Assembly (NCBI GenBank): GCA_030167865.1
Contig: JALAGF010006677.1
Span: 1-64,000 of the forward strand
Reading direction: 5' to 3'
DNA from: Craspedostauros australis
Lineage: Eukaryota
Length of the DNA stretch: 64,000 bases
Part shown: positions 22,722 to 34,605 of the stretch, piece after piece
Layout of the letters: every line of letters starts with the position of its first letter
How positions within the stretch are numbered: position 1 is the stretch's first letter
Notes under the pieces: model-generated
What the model was told of the DNA's origin: nothing
The model's input: the letters and a program-made list of their open reading frames with translations, nothing else
The model's database searches: none
Translations under genes and position numbers: made by a program

Positions 22722-23708
22722 ATGATGGAGTTGCAGCCAGAGGAGATCTCCATCACATGCCCTGATGGAACGGTGATTGCCGCCGAGAAGTGGCACGTTC
22801 CTCAGCCATCGGCATCGGCATCGCCACTGCCATCGCGCAATGCGGCAGATGGCAAGCGGCGAGTTCTGTGCCTGCATGGGTTCATGGACAACTGCAGATC
22901 GTTCTACCACCTCGCACCCAGCCTCGCCAGCAACATTCCCAACAGCGAGGTGGTGGCCATCGATTTCCCCTGCCACGGCCATTCTCCTCGCCAATCACCA
23001 AAGACGCCACCTCTTCTCGTCCTCTCCAACTTCACATACTACGTGCTCGAGGCCATTCACACATTGGGATGGAGCCATGAGGCCACGTCGTCCCAGATCA
23101 CCCTCATCGGCCATTCCATGGGTGCCGCAATCGCCATCATGTTCGCGGCCGCGTATCCAGAGCAGGTGCAGCAGCTGGTGATCTTGGATGGGTATGCTGC
23201 TGATCTATCCTTTCAGAGAGATCCGGCCCAACAATTGCGCTTTCACATCATGAAACGCTCCCAGCAGGAGACACCCAACAGGGTGTACGCATCGCTGGAG
23301 GATGCCATTCGAACGAGGCAGCGCACCGCCACGCTGTCGCCCGGCAGCCAGTGGCTGTCCGCCAAAGCCGCCACCGAACTCGTCCAGCGCAGCATCCACC
23401 GCAATGATCCGCACCCATCAAACGGCAACACTGCGACCTATTCATTTCATCACCCGCCTGACCTTCTGTACCCGCATATTCTCTACCTCACGCCGCAAGC
23501 AAACGACGCATTCTTCCGCGACATGCAATGCCCGACCGTATGGATCCGTGCCAAGAACGGATGGCCGTATCCGATGGAGTGGGTGAATCGCGCTGCTGAA
23601 ACGCTGGGAATCACTGTCAAGACGTTGGAAGGGAGCCATCACTTTCATGCGGATCCAGAAACTTGTGAGGCTGTCGCGCAATATGTGTTGAAGCGGATAT
23701 GCCAATGA
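22722..23708 (+). CDS. Serine hydrolase-like (SERHL-type) alpha/beta hydrolase
   Basis: CLHGFMDN, DFPCHGHS, GHSMG nucleophile and GSHHFH catalytic His. Confidence 0.8.
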   Translation: MMELQPEEISITCPDGTVIAAEKWHVPQPSASASPLPSRNAADGKRRVLCLHGFMDNCRSFYHLAPSLASNIPNSEVVAIDFPCHGHSPRQSPKTPPLLVLSNFTYYVLEAIHTLGWSHEATSSQITLIGHSMGAAIAIMFAAAYPEQVQQLVILDGYAADLSFQRDPAQQLRFHIMKRSQQETPNRVYASLEDAIRTRQRTATLSPGSQWLSAKAATELVQRSIHRNDPHPSNGNTATYSFHHPPDLLYPHILYLTPQANDAFFRDMQCPTVWIRAKNGWPYPMEWVNRAAETLGITVKTLEGSHHFHADPETCEAVAQYVLKRICQ

Positions 23709-24067
23709 GGCAGTCTTTGGAGCATGTGCGCATTCACATCTTGCAACAATCCAAGCACGAGTGTGGGTACGAGCAGGATAGACCAAATAGCACTCCATTC
23801 AGATGTGATAGAGTGACGTTGTTCCATCCACATTTTCTCGTTCTTTCGCTTGGTAGACTGTTGCATAAGACTAGTTCATGTCAATGATGATGTGACTGAC
23901 ACGCACGACTCGATCGCGGAAATGGCGCGAGAATGATGACCCGCATCGTCGGCCATTCCAGTTCCCTCCGATTCCACCCATCACCACGTGATGTCCGCAT
24001 GATGCAACTCATCGTCGTTCATGACACATCACATCACATGGCAACCCCAAAGATGAGATGAACGACA

Positions 24068-25504
24068 ATGATGATGACGATGAAAGGGATCAGGACCAGC
24101 GCCGCGACGAGTGGCTTTTGCTTCACAATGCTGTTGGGCGGACGCAGAGGAATGGCCATGATCACCACGACGACGCGTGCTTTCGCATCCAAGTTCCATG
24201 TCTTCTACAATGACGTCTACGAGGTCCGCCTGCCAAAGGGGCATCGCTTTCCAATGGAGAAATATGAGAAAGTGCGGAGGCGAGTGCAGCAGAAACTGGG
24301 GGAGCACGATTCTACTGCGGAGGCAGGAAGTGAGCATGCGGCTGTCGAACATGGTGCGTGCGTGCACAGTAGCGTACTACTATTCTTGTCATTGTGCCTG
24401 TGTGTCGACATCCAATCGGCATTGGTCTTTGCATGCGGAGAAGCTGCATGTGCTGCGTGTTATTGCAGCATTGCCAACTGATTCAGTTCGACTTCTCGCT
24501 CACAACTGTTGCCACTGCGACTGCTCTTGCTTCTGCGATGCATTCGCGCACATCTTCGCATGTACTCCGTTGACGACACAGACTTCATCGTATCTCCTTT
24601 GGCGACGGTTGAAGAGTTGTCCACAACGCATTGCGCAGACTACATCCAACGATTCATGAATGGCGATATCACACCTGAAGAACAGCGCAACGTCGGCTTC
24701 CCTTGGAGTCCGTCAGGTGTCAAGCGCGCCACATCGTCCGTCGGCGGCACCGTCGCTGCAGCGTGCGCGGTCTGTGAAAACTACAATCCCAGCAGCAGTC
24801 ACAACGACAACAACCACATCCATTGGGCCGCCCACGTCGCCGGTGGAACGCATCATGCATTTTATGATCGCGGCGAAGGTTTCTGCGTCTTTTCCGACAT
24901 TGCTGTCGCCGCCAACGTCGTGCTGCAACGATATCCGATGCGCCGCATCCTCATCTTGGATCTGGATGTCCACCAAGGCAACGGCAACGCCGTGCTGTTC
25001 CAAAACCGCACAGACGTCTCAACCGTCTCCGTGCACTGCGACGGCAACTACTTTTCGCAGAAACAGAAATCCGATCTGGACATCGAACTGCCGGTGGGTT
25101 GCACGGATGGCACCTACCTATCGACGCTGCACCATTGGCTCACGCAGATCCGCAACGGAATCGGCGGCAAGTACGATCTCATCTTCTTTCAGGCCGGCGT
25201 CGATATTCTCGAGCACGATCGATTGGGACGCATGCAGATTACGGCCGAGGGTGTCCAGAAGCGCAATGCCATGGTGTACGAATTTGCGGCCGCGATGAAC
25301 GTGCCGTTGGTGATCACGATGGGGGGAGGGTACCCGAACACGCAAGATTGGACACCGATTCTGGACGCGCATGCTGGTGTGTATGTGCAAGCGTTCGAGT
25401 TTCTGAATGATCTGGTGGAGAAGCGACGGGCGGATAGCCAAACAGCACCAAACGCTGATCGACAGAAACAGAAACAGGAGGTGATTTTCAACGCACCGCA
25501 GTGA
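24068..25504 (+). CDS. Zn-dependent deacetylase, HDAC class IV/bacterial-like (exons 24068-24353, 24582-25504)
   Basis: GHRFPMEKY, AGGTHHA, GEGFCVFSD, DLDVHQGNG, QAGVD and GGGY; an in-frame GT-AG intron at 24354-24581. Confidence 0.88.
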
Positions 25505-25758
25505 TGGATTGCACTGAGGTATTACCATACTCTCCTCTCCAGAGTACTGCTCTCTCTCCTCTGTTTGGTACGATCATCCAATTCGACAGTTTGTTGCACA
25601 CAATTCAGTGTACCTGGATAATGAGACATGACACATAGAAAGCAATGCTCCCCACAATAGTCATTCCATTGAGTATGCATGCATGTAAATATTTGTTATT
25701 CTATCTCGACGTCAGCATTAGTGCGTATTGTCGATTACGCGCACCCTCCGCAACTGTC

Positions 25759-27795
25759 TCACACATCGTTGCTCAATCGATCCTTGTCTTCGGCTCCATT
25801 CTTGTCGATCCATTCCTGCAGGGTACCTTCGGCGTGCCGCGCGCGGCCATCGAACATCTCCTCGTCGGCGATGAAGCAATGCAGCAGAGACAAGATGGCG
25901 ATCTCAAAGATATCCATGCACATGTCGGCGATGGTGTAGGAGATGAAGAAGATCAAGGCCATCGGGCCCGCGTAGCTGTGCAGGTCGACGTCGATGGTCT
26001 CGACGACGACGAAGTAGGCCAGGGCCGTGGTGACGGCGCTGATGAATAGCTTGCCGACGATGAGGACGGCGGCCGAGACGTAGGTGAGGGCGGAGACGCG
26101 GGCGGCGTTGCGCAGGATGAGGAAGAAGGCCTTGCGTGCGGATTCGCAGAAGGAGGTGCCGAAGATGGCCGTCTGGATGTAGGCATTCTTGTTGATGAAC
26201 TTCATGCACTTTTCGAGGCAGCAGAAGCAGCACTGGCAGCAGCAGAGGATGCAGTTGGCGACGGAGTTTTCGGCCTTGGCGACTTCCTTCTGTATCTTGG
26301 CGATGACGGCGCGGATGAGCTGGATGATGGCGATGATGAGGGATCCGTAGGCGCAGGTGCCGAGATGGAACGTGAGGGTCGAGATGAAGCTGGAGAGGAC
26401 CGTGGCGCTGGTGACGGTGGATTTGTCGACCGTGAAGTACCACTTGCTGACGGCCAGGGAGATGACCATGTCACCGAAGGCGACGATGAAGCCTGCGGTC
26501 CAGAACATGCAAAAGAGGAGGTACCATGCGGATCGGTAGACGAAGTCATCGAATTCGTAGACCCTGACTGCGATGTCGGGTCCCAGAGCGTCCTCCGTTC
26601 GGGTGCTGATGTTGCCAAGCGACGCCAGGTGGACGGCGTAGACGGTCCAAACTCCCCAGAAGATGAGGAAGGCGAAGACCTGGATGAATGGGATGATGAA
26701 GATGAGGAGCATGCTGTTGATGGCGCGCCCCGCCTCCTTGACGCAGGTGATGGCGAGCTGGATCTGCTTGCGCAGGCAGCACGCCAGGACGAAGAGGACC
26801 GCCGCAAGACCCCACATGACGTAGGCGAAGACCGTGGTGGCCTTGATGGCGTTGTCTGAGAAGGGCTGAGGATCGTCGTCGTCCCATTTCTCGGCGTTGG
26901 TGAAGGCGAAGGAGCCTGCCGCGACGACCATGCCGATGGTGATGAAGATGGATCCCCAGACGACGAGCGTGAGAAGTCCCGGTATGCGCAGCAAGTACAT
27001 GTAGATGATGCAGGTGAGCAGGGCCACGCCGAAGCCGAATCCCAGGATGTAGTACCTGGCAGTCCACATATCGGCGTAGAGGTCGATGAAGAAGCTTTGG
27101 TTTGCGACCTCCAGCGGGTCCGACGGCACCTCCCGATCCTCGCCGCCGACCTGCCGCTCGATCTTGGTCTCTGCGTCCTGCGTGAGGTAGCAGCGATTGA
27201 AGAATTCGTAGGTGTCGCCGACGTAGTACGCGTAGCCGAACCCGCGGTTGATGCCTGGGGAGGTCCAGGATTGGTTGGGGTTGTTGTTGGGGAAGCAGTT
27301 GTCTTCCGTGCACTCGATGAGGTCGGGAGATTCCGAGTAGTCACCGACCTCGATGAAGGACTTGCTGAGCTGGGCGCCCGGAGCCTGCCAGATGCCGCCG
27401 TAGGTGATGAGGGTGCGGATGTCCGTGGCGTTGTCAGTCACGAGGCCATCCGTGATGGAGGGGCAGTCCTTGACGCAGACGCCGGTGAAGCTGTTGATGT
27501 AGAGGAGGTTGGGGAAGTCGTTCATGTCCCTGGCGAAGTCCGTGCCGCAGACGTTGCCGTCGTAGTCCAGCGGGTTGACGATGATGCGGTAGTCTCCCTC
27601 AGCGATGGCGTAGATCCCGATGTAGGACATGCCGAGCCAGGAGACGACCAGCAGGAAGAAGCAGAACAGGTCGGTGCAGCCGCGCGACTCGATCGGCCCG
27701 TTCCAATCCGGCGGGGCCACGAGCTTCTCGCGGGCCTCCTCGTCCATCAGCTCTTCGTTCTCGGCATCGTCGTCTTCGTCTTTGTTTCGCGGCAT
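25759..27795 (-). CDS. Choline transporter-like protein (CTL/SLC44 family)
   Basis: RGCTDLFC, DYDGNVCG, HLGTCAYGSLIIA and KFINKNAYIQTAIFGTSFCESA; about 10 TM helices. Confidence 0.92.
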   Translation of the reverse strand: MPRNKDEDDDAENEELMDEEAREKLVAPPDWNGPIESRGCTDLFCFFLLVVSWLGMSYIGIYAIAEGDYRIIVNPLDYDGNVCGTDFARDMNDFPNLLYINSFTGVCVKDCPSITDGLVTDNATDIRTLITYGGIWQAPGAQLSKSFIEVGDYSESPDLIECTEDNCFPNNNPNQSWTSPGINRGFGYAYYVGDTYEFFNRCYLTQDAETKIERQVGGEDREVPSDPLEVANQSFFIDLYADMWTARYYILGFGFGVALLTCIIYMYLLRIPGLLTLVVWGSIFITIGMVVAAGSFAFTNAEKWDDDDPQPFSDNAIKATTVFAYVMWGLAAVLFVLACCLRKQIQLAITCVKEAGRAINSMLLIFIIPFIQVFAFLIFWGVWTVYAVHLASLGNISTRTEDALGPDIAVRVYEFDDFVYRSAWYLLFCMFWTAGFIVAFGDMVISLAVSKWYFTVDKSTVTSATVLSSFISTLTFHLGTCAYGSLIIAIIQLIRAVIAKIQKEVAKAENSVANCILCCCQCCFCCLEKCMKFINKNAYIQTAIFGTSFCESARKAFFLILRNAARVSALTYVSAAVLIVGKLFISAVTTALAYFVVVETIDVDLHSYAGPMALIFFISYTIADMCMDIFEIAILSLLHCFIADEEMFDGRARHAEGTLQEWIDKNGAEDKDRLSNDV

Positions 27796-28998
27796 GGTGG
27801 AGTCAAGTGTTTGTATTAGTATTAGTAATGTGTTTGTACCAGTACCGGCACAGTGTAGAGCGCTATTGACTGCTATTGACTGCTAGTGACTAATGAAATG
27901 GGATGAAATGAGATGGAATGAAAGTTAGGAGGAAAGGCGAGATCCAGACAAGCTTTTGCCGGTTCCGAATGTTGCGAGCTGCGAGCTATGAACTGTGAGC
28001 GGGAGATAACTGCAAGGGAGGAGACACCGTCTCCAATCCTCCCTTCTTGTTAGCCGTTGCCTTGTGTAGCGTTGTGTCGCGTTGTGGTTCGTATCTGTGA
28101 TGTCGCTTCGTGTCCAACACCGCGAAAACCAAACACTTCGCCTGAATCGTGATTCAGAGCACGACTCACGACATCGACAGGAATCAAAGGAGGAGGAACA
28201 CAACACACACGATCAACTTCGATACCACATTTCCCGGTGTTTCCAACCATCTCCACAAAGTGAGCAGCGATTGTTGTTGCTGCTGTTGCTGATGTTGCTG
28301 CTGTTCTGTGTGACACTCTCATTCATTCATTGCTCCTTCCCGTCATTGATTCGTTCAATCAAGCGCTTGTGTGACAGTGTTTGGATTGCAAAATACTTGT
28401 ACGAGTGTGTGTATTGTTGTGACGGATCCAATCAATTCCAATCAACGAAGGGCACAACTCAAGAGAGATCGTTCTGGAACAGCCGGGAAGGGCGAAAGAG
28501 AGACGAGATTCTCCTCTCCAATGGTATGGCAGTAGGCGCGCCCATGATCACCTGATCACTTCCATGACATCGCGCGCTGTGCGATTTCTCACATGGTTGC
28601 GCCACGCTTCTGCCGTGCGCACTGGTCCATTGGAAGTGCTGCGCCATCGTGGAGTCTCACAAAAACAATAGAGGGCTCTAATAATTGTAGAGCAGAGCAG
28701 AGTAAACCAGTGTGTGATGATACGCATTGCACCACCCATGCCGGTTCTTGCTTTACCGCACCACACCACACCACGCTCCCATGCCATGCCATGATGTGAA
28801 GCAGCATGTATGTATGTATAACTGTGCATGTTCATGAGATGGAGTGGAATGCCCAAGACGACATAACATAAGTGCGTATGGTACTCGCATGATCCGGTGT
28901 TCTTGTACGAAGTCATCATATCGCGCCAAACCATGACATGCCACATTGCATGTCACGCCACATCGTTTCAACGTTCAACGTTCAACTGTCGCTTCACT

Positions 28999-30206
28999 TC
29001 ACTTCTTCTTGTTGGCCTTGTACGCGATCACCATCCTATCGACGGCATCCGGCAGATCCGCAAAGAGCTCGCTCTCGCCCTGCACCCGATTGATCTCCCA
29101 ATTCATGGTCGACTTGACGAACGGATACAGATCTTTCCACCCGCTCTTGACCACCTCTTCAATGAGGAAGCAAGTCTTCGAGGCCGCCTCCTCGTACGCG
29201 ATGAAGGCCTCCTTGAGTTTGTCCTCGTTGCGTTTCAATCTCTCCGCCTTGGTATCCGGCGTGGGGCGTCCCGAGTTCTCCAGTTTGTTGATCTCCTGCC
29301 GCAATTTCTCCACCTTGCCATCGTAATGCGATTTGTCCTTCCCCAGCTTGCGGGCGTTGTTCATCTCCTGATCGACGAGGCCCGTGACGATCTCTTCCCA
29401 TTCGGCGGCGTACTCGACGATCTTCGCGCGGAACTCCTTCGCGTTGTTTTCGGCTTCCTTCGAGGCGGCCTCGTTTATGTGCACGATGGATTCGTTATTC
29501 TGGTGCTTGCCGACGTCTTGGAACAGCGGGGTGCCTTCGGAGAGTTTGCCGATTTCGCTGATCATCTGCAAAATATTTGCATTGACGAATTGATGAATTG
29601 GCGAATTGGCGCATGGTGGAATGAGTGCGATTCAAGTGGAGGACAAAGGGAGGAAGTTGGAATGTGAGATGGACTGCGTCAGATTGGACGACCAAGCACA
29701 ACTTCATTTGGCGACATGATCGATACAGACTCGGTCAGCTTCGGTAGAGCGCCGCAATGGAAGCAAAAGCCTTTGCAGACACATACTCGTGCATGAAACC
29801 AGCTGGGCATGCTGCGTCACGCCCCTTAATTGGCATCAATCGAAATGGTGCGGCATATCCTGGCCACAGGAAAACTCACTTCCTTCCTGGCCTTCTCGGC
29901 CTGAATGTAAGCATCATTGTACTTCCTGGTCTTGAGGATGAGGGACCTCAGCTGCTTCCTCATGTCATCGAAGTCCTTGCCCAGATGCACGAGATCCGGA
30001 CTGCGGTTCTTCTGCTCTTTGGCGCCATCGATGGCCTTGCTGAGGCGATCGCTGATGTTGGTGATGCGCTTCTTGGGTGGAGCAACGGGAGTCTGGCTGC
30101 GTTGGCTGTTGCTCTTGTTCTTCTTGGGCGTGGCGAGCTTGCCGCCGTTCTTGGCGGTTTCCTTCTTCGTGGGCGTTCCCGCAGGTGCTTCTTTCGTTTC
30201 CGCCAT
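28999..30206 (-). CDS. BAR-domain-like helical/coiled-coil protein (exons 30206-29880, 29565-28999)
   Basis: Phase-0 GT-AG intron joins EKARKE to MISEIG. Long amphipathic helices with SHYDGKVEKL and RNEDKLKEA resemble BAR helices. Confidence 0.6.
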
Positions 30207-31135
30207 CTTGGTGTGTCACACAGAAGCAATTGACTCTGCTCAAGAACTGCTGATAGTGCCCCCAATGCTGATGGGTTATGGGCGGCGCGGGAACTGCTCT
30301 CTTGGATCGAAATAGCAGAAATCGAACCTCTCTCTCTCTCACTCTCTTGCTGGTGGTGCTGATGGTGCTGATGTTGGAGCTGCTGCTGTGGATGTCGATG
30401 TTGGCAGTGATGCCTTGTGCTCTCTCTTGTGTTCTCTCTCTCGGACGAACGAACGACGAGAAGCAGCACGAAATGAGAAGGGCAGATTGTTGTCATGTTT
30501 GACTCTTGACTTGGCTTCACTTGATGTGTTGCGTTTCTTGCTTCGTGTTGGTCTTTTCGAAGAGTGGCGACGAGCAAGAAGCGGTCGCATGGCGAAAGAC
30601 TTGGTGTTGCCAATCTTGGCGGGAGTGTGACAAATGCCCATAAATAGGAGTATCACCATGTGTGTCGCATCCTTGTCGAAATTGGCAGAAAACGACATCG
30701 TGTGAATCCACGAAAATGTTCAGTTGTTGCACGTGTCTGTGTGTGTTGTATTTGTGACTGTTCATGTTATCAAACTGACTGACATCTGCCTTTGGCACAC
30801 AGACAGACATAGAAAAGGCGAAGAGGTGAAGCACTTCTGTTGACTTCATCCGATTCAAACATGCGATGATAGAGAGGATGGAGATTGTTTTGGATGCCGA
30901 CAAATGGTGCAATACGATAGATCAGCTCGCTATCCTTCGAGGCGACCACCTGGATCATCAGTCGGGTACTTGACGAAAGTGTTGCCGGCTAGTAGGTGCC
31001 GCATTGGAAGACCCTCAAAAGTGCTGAATACTGCTTCAACGTGGCACAATATCCCAACGTAAAATAGCATGCCCAATGGGTCGTTCCGCAATTGTCGCAT
31101 GAAGTGAAGTGGCATGGAGCATGTAGCGCTCCGCT

Positions 31136-31984
31136 CTACATGTCATCCGGCGCAACGATCCTCGTTCTGCTCTTCTCAAACCACTGCTGCATGCCGCCGA
31201 GACCGTCCACGACCTCCATGGCTTCGGCCACGGACACTTCCGCCACGTCGAACGACTGCTCGCACGTCGTGCGCAAACAGTCGAAGAACACATCGCTGTC
31301 CGTGCCGTAGTATTGATTCAGCTTGACGAGGAATTCATCATGCGATCGATCGCCACGGTAGTCAGGCCGTTTGGATGGCAACGACAGGTACTCCATGTTG
31401 CGTTGATCGTAATCCCACAGAAAGCTCGTGTGATGCAACCAACCCCCCTTGATGATGGACTGCGCGTTGCCACCCATCTTGCGCGGACCCAAGACGTAGT
31501 CGTTTTCGCGTAGCTGAAATTCCGGAGTATCGCTGCTGCTGGTGCTTGCATTCATGCATCGGAACGACGGTCCGAAGATGGCATCGGCGGACCACCGCAT
31601 GATGGAGGTGGGATACGATTCGACGTCCGGAAAATGTGCGGTGCGGCCGATGAAGGTCGTCCACAGCGACGATGGATCCAGCACGACCGTGCCACCACCG
31701 GAAAAGCGTTTGAGGACCGTCACGCGGTCGCGTTTCACCGTCGGGATATCCAGCAGCTGGTCGGGTTTGCCACTGATGCCCATGACGATTATGCAATTCT
31801 GCGTCGCGTCGTCCTTGTGCTGCAGGAAGCGGTGCTTGAGCGGCTCGTGCGTGCCGAGGATGGCCCAGCTGCGTTGCAGGGGATCATGGCGCAGGATGGC
31901 CTCTTCCAAGCAAAGCCTCTCGATGGCCGACAGACCGCTTGCTCGCAGATCCAGCAGGCACAGCCTGGTCAAAGACGCGCTCAT
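31136..31984 (-). CDS. Lipoate-protein ligase A-like (BPL/LPL catalytic domain)
   Basis: KRFSGGGTV, ENDYVLGPRKMGGNAQ and LHHTSFLWD. Confidence 0.88.
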   Translation of the reverse strand: MSASLTRLCLLDLRASGLSAIERLCLEEAILRHDPLQRSWAILGTHEPLKHRFLQHKDDATQNCIIVMGISGKPDQLLDIPTVKRDRVTVLKRFSGGGTVVLDPSSLWTTFIGRTAHFPDVESYPTSIMRWSADAIFGPSFRCMNASTSSSDTPEFQLRENDYVLGPRKMGGNAQSIIKGGWLHHTSFLWDYDQRNMEYLSLPSKRPDYRGDRSHDEFLVKLNQYYGTDSDVFFDCLRTTCEQSFDVAEVSVAEAMEVVDGLGGMQQWFEKSRTRIVAPDDM

Positions 31985-32460
31985 CGTGATAGCATTGATG
32001 CTGCGATGCGGTGCGATGTGCCGTCCTGTGCTAGAGTCCAGCTATGCGCTGTTTGCAGATGGATTTATGGATGGATGAGAGAAGTGATGATGGCGATGCT
32101 GCTGATTCTTGTGATGCTGATGTGTGTGTGTGTTCGTGTTTGGCCTTCATTTGTGTTTGTGTTGTTTGACGTGTGGAACGGTATCTTTTTGGCTGATGTG
32201 TTGTCGCCATGTCGTGTTCAAATGTCACACAATGCTGGAATTGGATCCAAACGAGCAAATGCCACACATGTGATGTTCTACACTCATGGCTCGTACTCCA
32301 TCGCAGTTAAGACGGAATAGGTAAAAATACGACTCTACTCTGCTCTACTTTGCTCTCAACAGCAATGATTTAACAGTCAAGGCTGCGCTTCATACTCCGC
32401 ACTCTACTATATTGGTGAACCATACGGCCCAACCGACCAAACCAACGCCAACAACCGCAT

Positions 32461-33774
32461 TCATCTGCACGTCACCGGCGACCGCCGCATGGTGATGGAC
32501 ACTCTGCGATCGCTGAGCAAATCGTCGTTACCAATCTCATGCGAAAAGTCGTACCGTGCTCTACCCGTCAAGATCTGCAAGCACCGACGCTTAAGATGCA
32601 CGCGTCGTTCCGCAACCTCCAAGTTGCGATGTTTGGCTTCGTTACGGAACGTCATGATGCAGTCGCCCGCCAAGGACAGATTGGCGATGGGTTCCAGGCT
32701 CAGCTGCCGATCGTCGACGTGGGATCGTAACCAATGTCCCTGCCGGCGTCGGTAGTCGATGGCGTTGGCTTCGTTGGGGATGCAATTGCCGATATGGTGC
32801 TTGGCATAGACGGCGGAGCTGGGGAGGTTGCACAGCAGGCGTTGCAGTCGGGGCAGAAGGAGCTCAGTGATGAATTGCGGCAGCGGATGTTTCGGTGGTC
32901 TCACCGTCCGTTCTTTCAGATTGTGAAGTGCGCCCCAACGCTTGTTGTACGACCATCCGTTGATCTTGGAGAGTCGCCACGGCACACTGTCGCGATGGTC
33001 GATGTAGTTCATGATCTGCTGCTCTTCGGACACGGTGATGAAGTCCTCAAACACGAAGAGGCCGGATATCGGCTCGGGTGGCATCAGCGGACGCGATGGC
33101 CCAGGTGTGGGTGTGGTTGTGTCACTTGCTTTGCTCTGACATGTGATGGAAATGGCGGTGCTGGCTGCAACAGCGTCATCGCCTCCTTCGATTTGACGGA
33201 GAGGCATTGTTGGTCGTTTCTGTAGCGTTGTCATTGTCATTGGCTTTGACATTGCTGTGGTCGTTGGAGTCTGCGCTTGTGTTTGTGGCCGAGGTTGCAC
33301 AATGTTCACATGGCTGTTACTATCATTTCCATTTCCATCTTCTTCTTCTTCTTCATTGCTGAGACTATCGCCTAGTACTCGCTTCCTTGAAGCACGCGTA
33401 TCCTCAGCAAGCTGCATCTCGCTGTCTGGCATCTGCCGCTGATCTCGTGTTGGCGCAGTTGCTTCATTATCATTTATTGCAGTTCTCGCCGTCGATGCTG
33501 CTGACGCATGCATCTTCTCGTCGCTGGCATTGACAATGCAAGAGTTGCCACCACCCTGATTCCCGCCATCGTCGTTTTCTCCATCACAAGCAGACGCATG
33601 AAGCGAAAGCCGGTGCTTTGGAAACGATCGAAAACAGATCGGGCATTTCTGGAAGGTGCTTCGTGGCCTCGCACATCTGCTTGGTTCGTTTGTTGCGGAA
33701 CCGCCTTTGCTTGATGTTGGAGACAGGAGGAAGGCTGTCATCCTCCGCTGCTTCTTGCCGCCCTTGACCTTCAT
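32461..33774 (-). CDS. ALKBH4-like 2OG-Fe(II) dioxygenase with N-terminal PIP box and UBZ finger; start taken at ATG 33774, though the ORF is open to 33984
   Basis: GLFVFEDFITVSEE, HVDD, ARYDFSHEI and RRVSITMR give HxD...H...RxxxxxR. Also CPIC-x11-HASAC and QRRMTAFL. Confidence 0.82.
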   Translation of the reverse strand: MKVKGGKKQRRMTAFLLSPTSSKGGSATNEPSRCARPRSTFQKCPICFRSFPKHRLSLHASACDGENDDGGNQGGGNSCIVNASDEKMHASAASTARTAINDNEATAPTRDQRQMPDSEMQLAEDTRASRKRVLGDSLSNEEEEEDGNGNDSNSHVNIVQPRPQTQAQTPTTTAMSKPMTMTTLQKRPTMPLRQIEGGDDAVAASTAISITCQSKASDTTTPTPGPSRPLMPPEPISGLFVFEDFITVSEEQQIMNYIDHRDSVPWRLSKINGWSYNKRWGALHNLKERTVRPPKHPLPQFITELLLPRLQRLLCNLPSSAVYAKHHIGNCIPNEANAIDYRRRQGHWLRSHVDDRQLSLEPIANLSLAGDCIMTFRNEAKHRNLEVAERRVHLKRRCLQILTGRARYDFSHEIGNDDLLSDRRVSITMRRSPVTCR

Positions 33775-34053
33775 GCTGATGTTGCTCAGGTTGCCGACGC
33801 TGCCGCGATCGTTGGAGTCACGACGGTTGGTGACACACCAACCCCGAGATCCACGACAGATCCACGATGTGCAGTGTCGTGGATTCAAATGGATCTCCTT
33901 TGTATAGTCGTAATAGTACTCCACTCTGTTGAACTGCTTGAGCAAAGTGCTCGACGCCCCTCGTTCAGAACGAGGATGGGACAATCCGCAGACAGCAACG
34001 CTCTTCGACGATGGCGCAAGTTTGGGAAGAACAACAACTTCGCCGCGCGCAGT

Positions 34054-34065
34054 TTTCGCGCCAAA
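34054..34065. promoter_or_regulatory. Candidate overlapping double E2F site
   Basis: TTTCGCGCCAAA matches TTTSSCGC on both strands, about 280 bp upstream of the AlkB ATG. Confidence 0.55.
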
Positions 34066-34605
34066 TTGTCGAAGGGTCTATTTCGGCTCTATTACTTGTT
34101 GTTTCCCGATTATTCGTGACTGATCTTCTCAGTTTGTCTTTTCATTCGTGCATAATCAGGTACCTCCATTGCATCAAAGATTCCAAACTCCAAATTCCAT
34201 GACGCTCAACACCAACCAACAACCGAGACGCCCACAAAATTTCCATCCGAAGCCGTTCTCACACAACACACACTCCACCACGAAAAGCCATCACCACCAT
34301 CATCCATCAATGTCGCAAAAACAACAACAAGCAACAGCATCATCTTGATTGATGCGAGTTGCATCCATCAATCCTCATCGAACTGGAGCCCAATTCGAAG
34401 CCTCTCGGTGAACCCAGCGGTCCATGCCAAAGATAACCGGACAAACAGTCTCAATAGGAGTGCTCGTAGTTGTACCAAGAGCCAGAGCCAGAGCAAGAAC
34501 AGAGGGGTGCAAGTACGCGTACGCTCCAGCACAAGGACTACAGGACTACAGGACTAGAGCACTCCAGTGCGAATCCAGTACGAAGATCCCCACACTGATC
34601 AGAGG

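Noticed and set aside
25904..27819. Long alternative-frame and antisense ORFs over the choline transporter (also over HEATR1, P450 and 43259-44938)
   Set aside because: Shadow ORFs caused by high GC3 codon bias; no motifs.
1625..33774. DNMT3, HDAC and AlkB as a functional epigenetic gene cluster
   Set aside because: They are separated by many unrelated genes. The AlkB looks ALKBH4-like rather than ALKBH2, the family linked to DNMT-derived 3mC repair.
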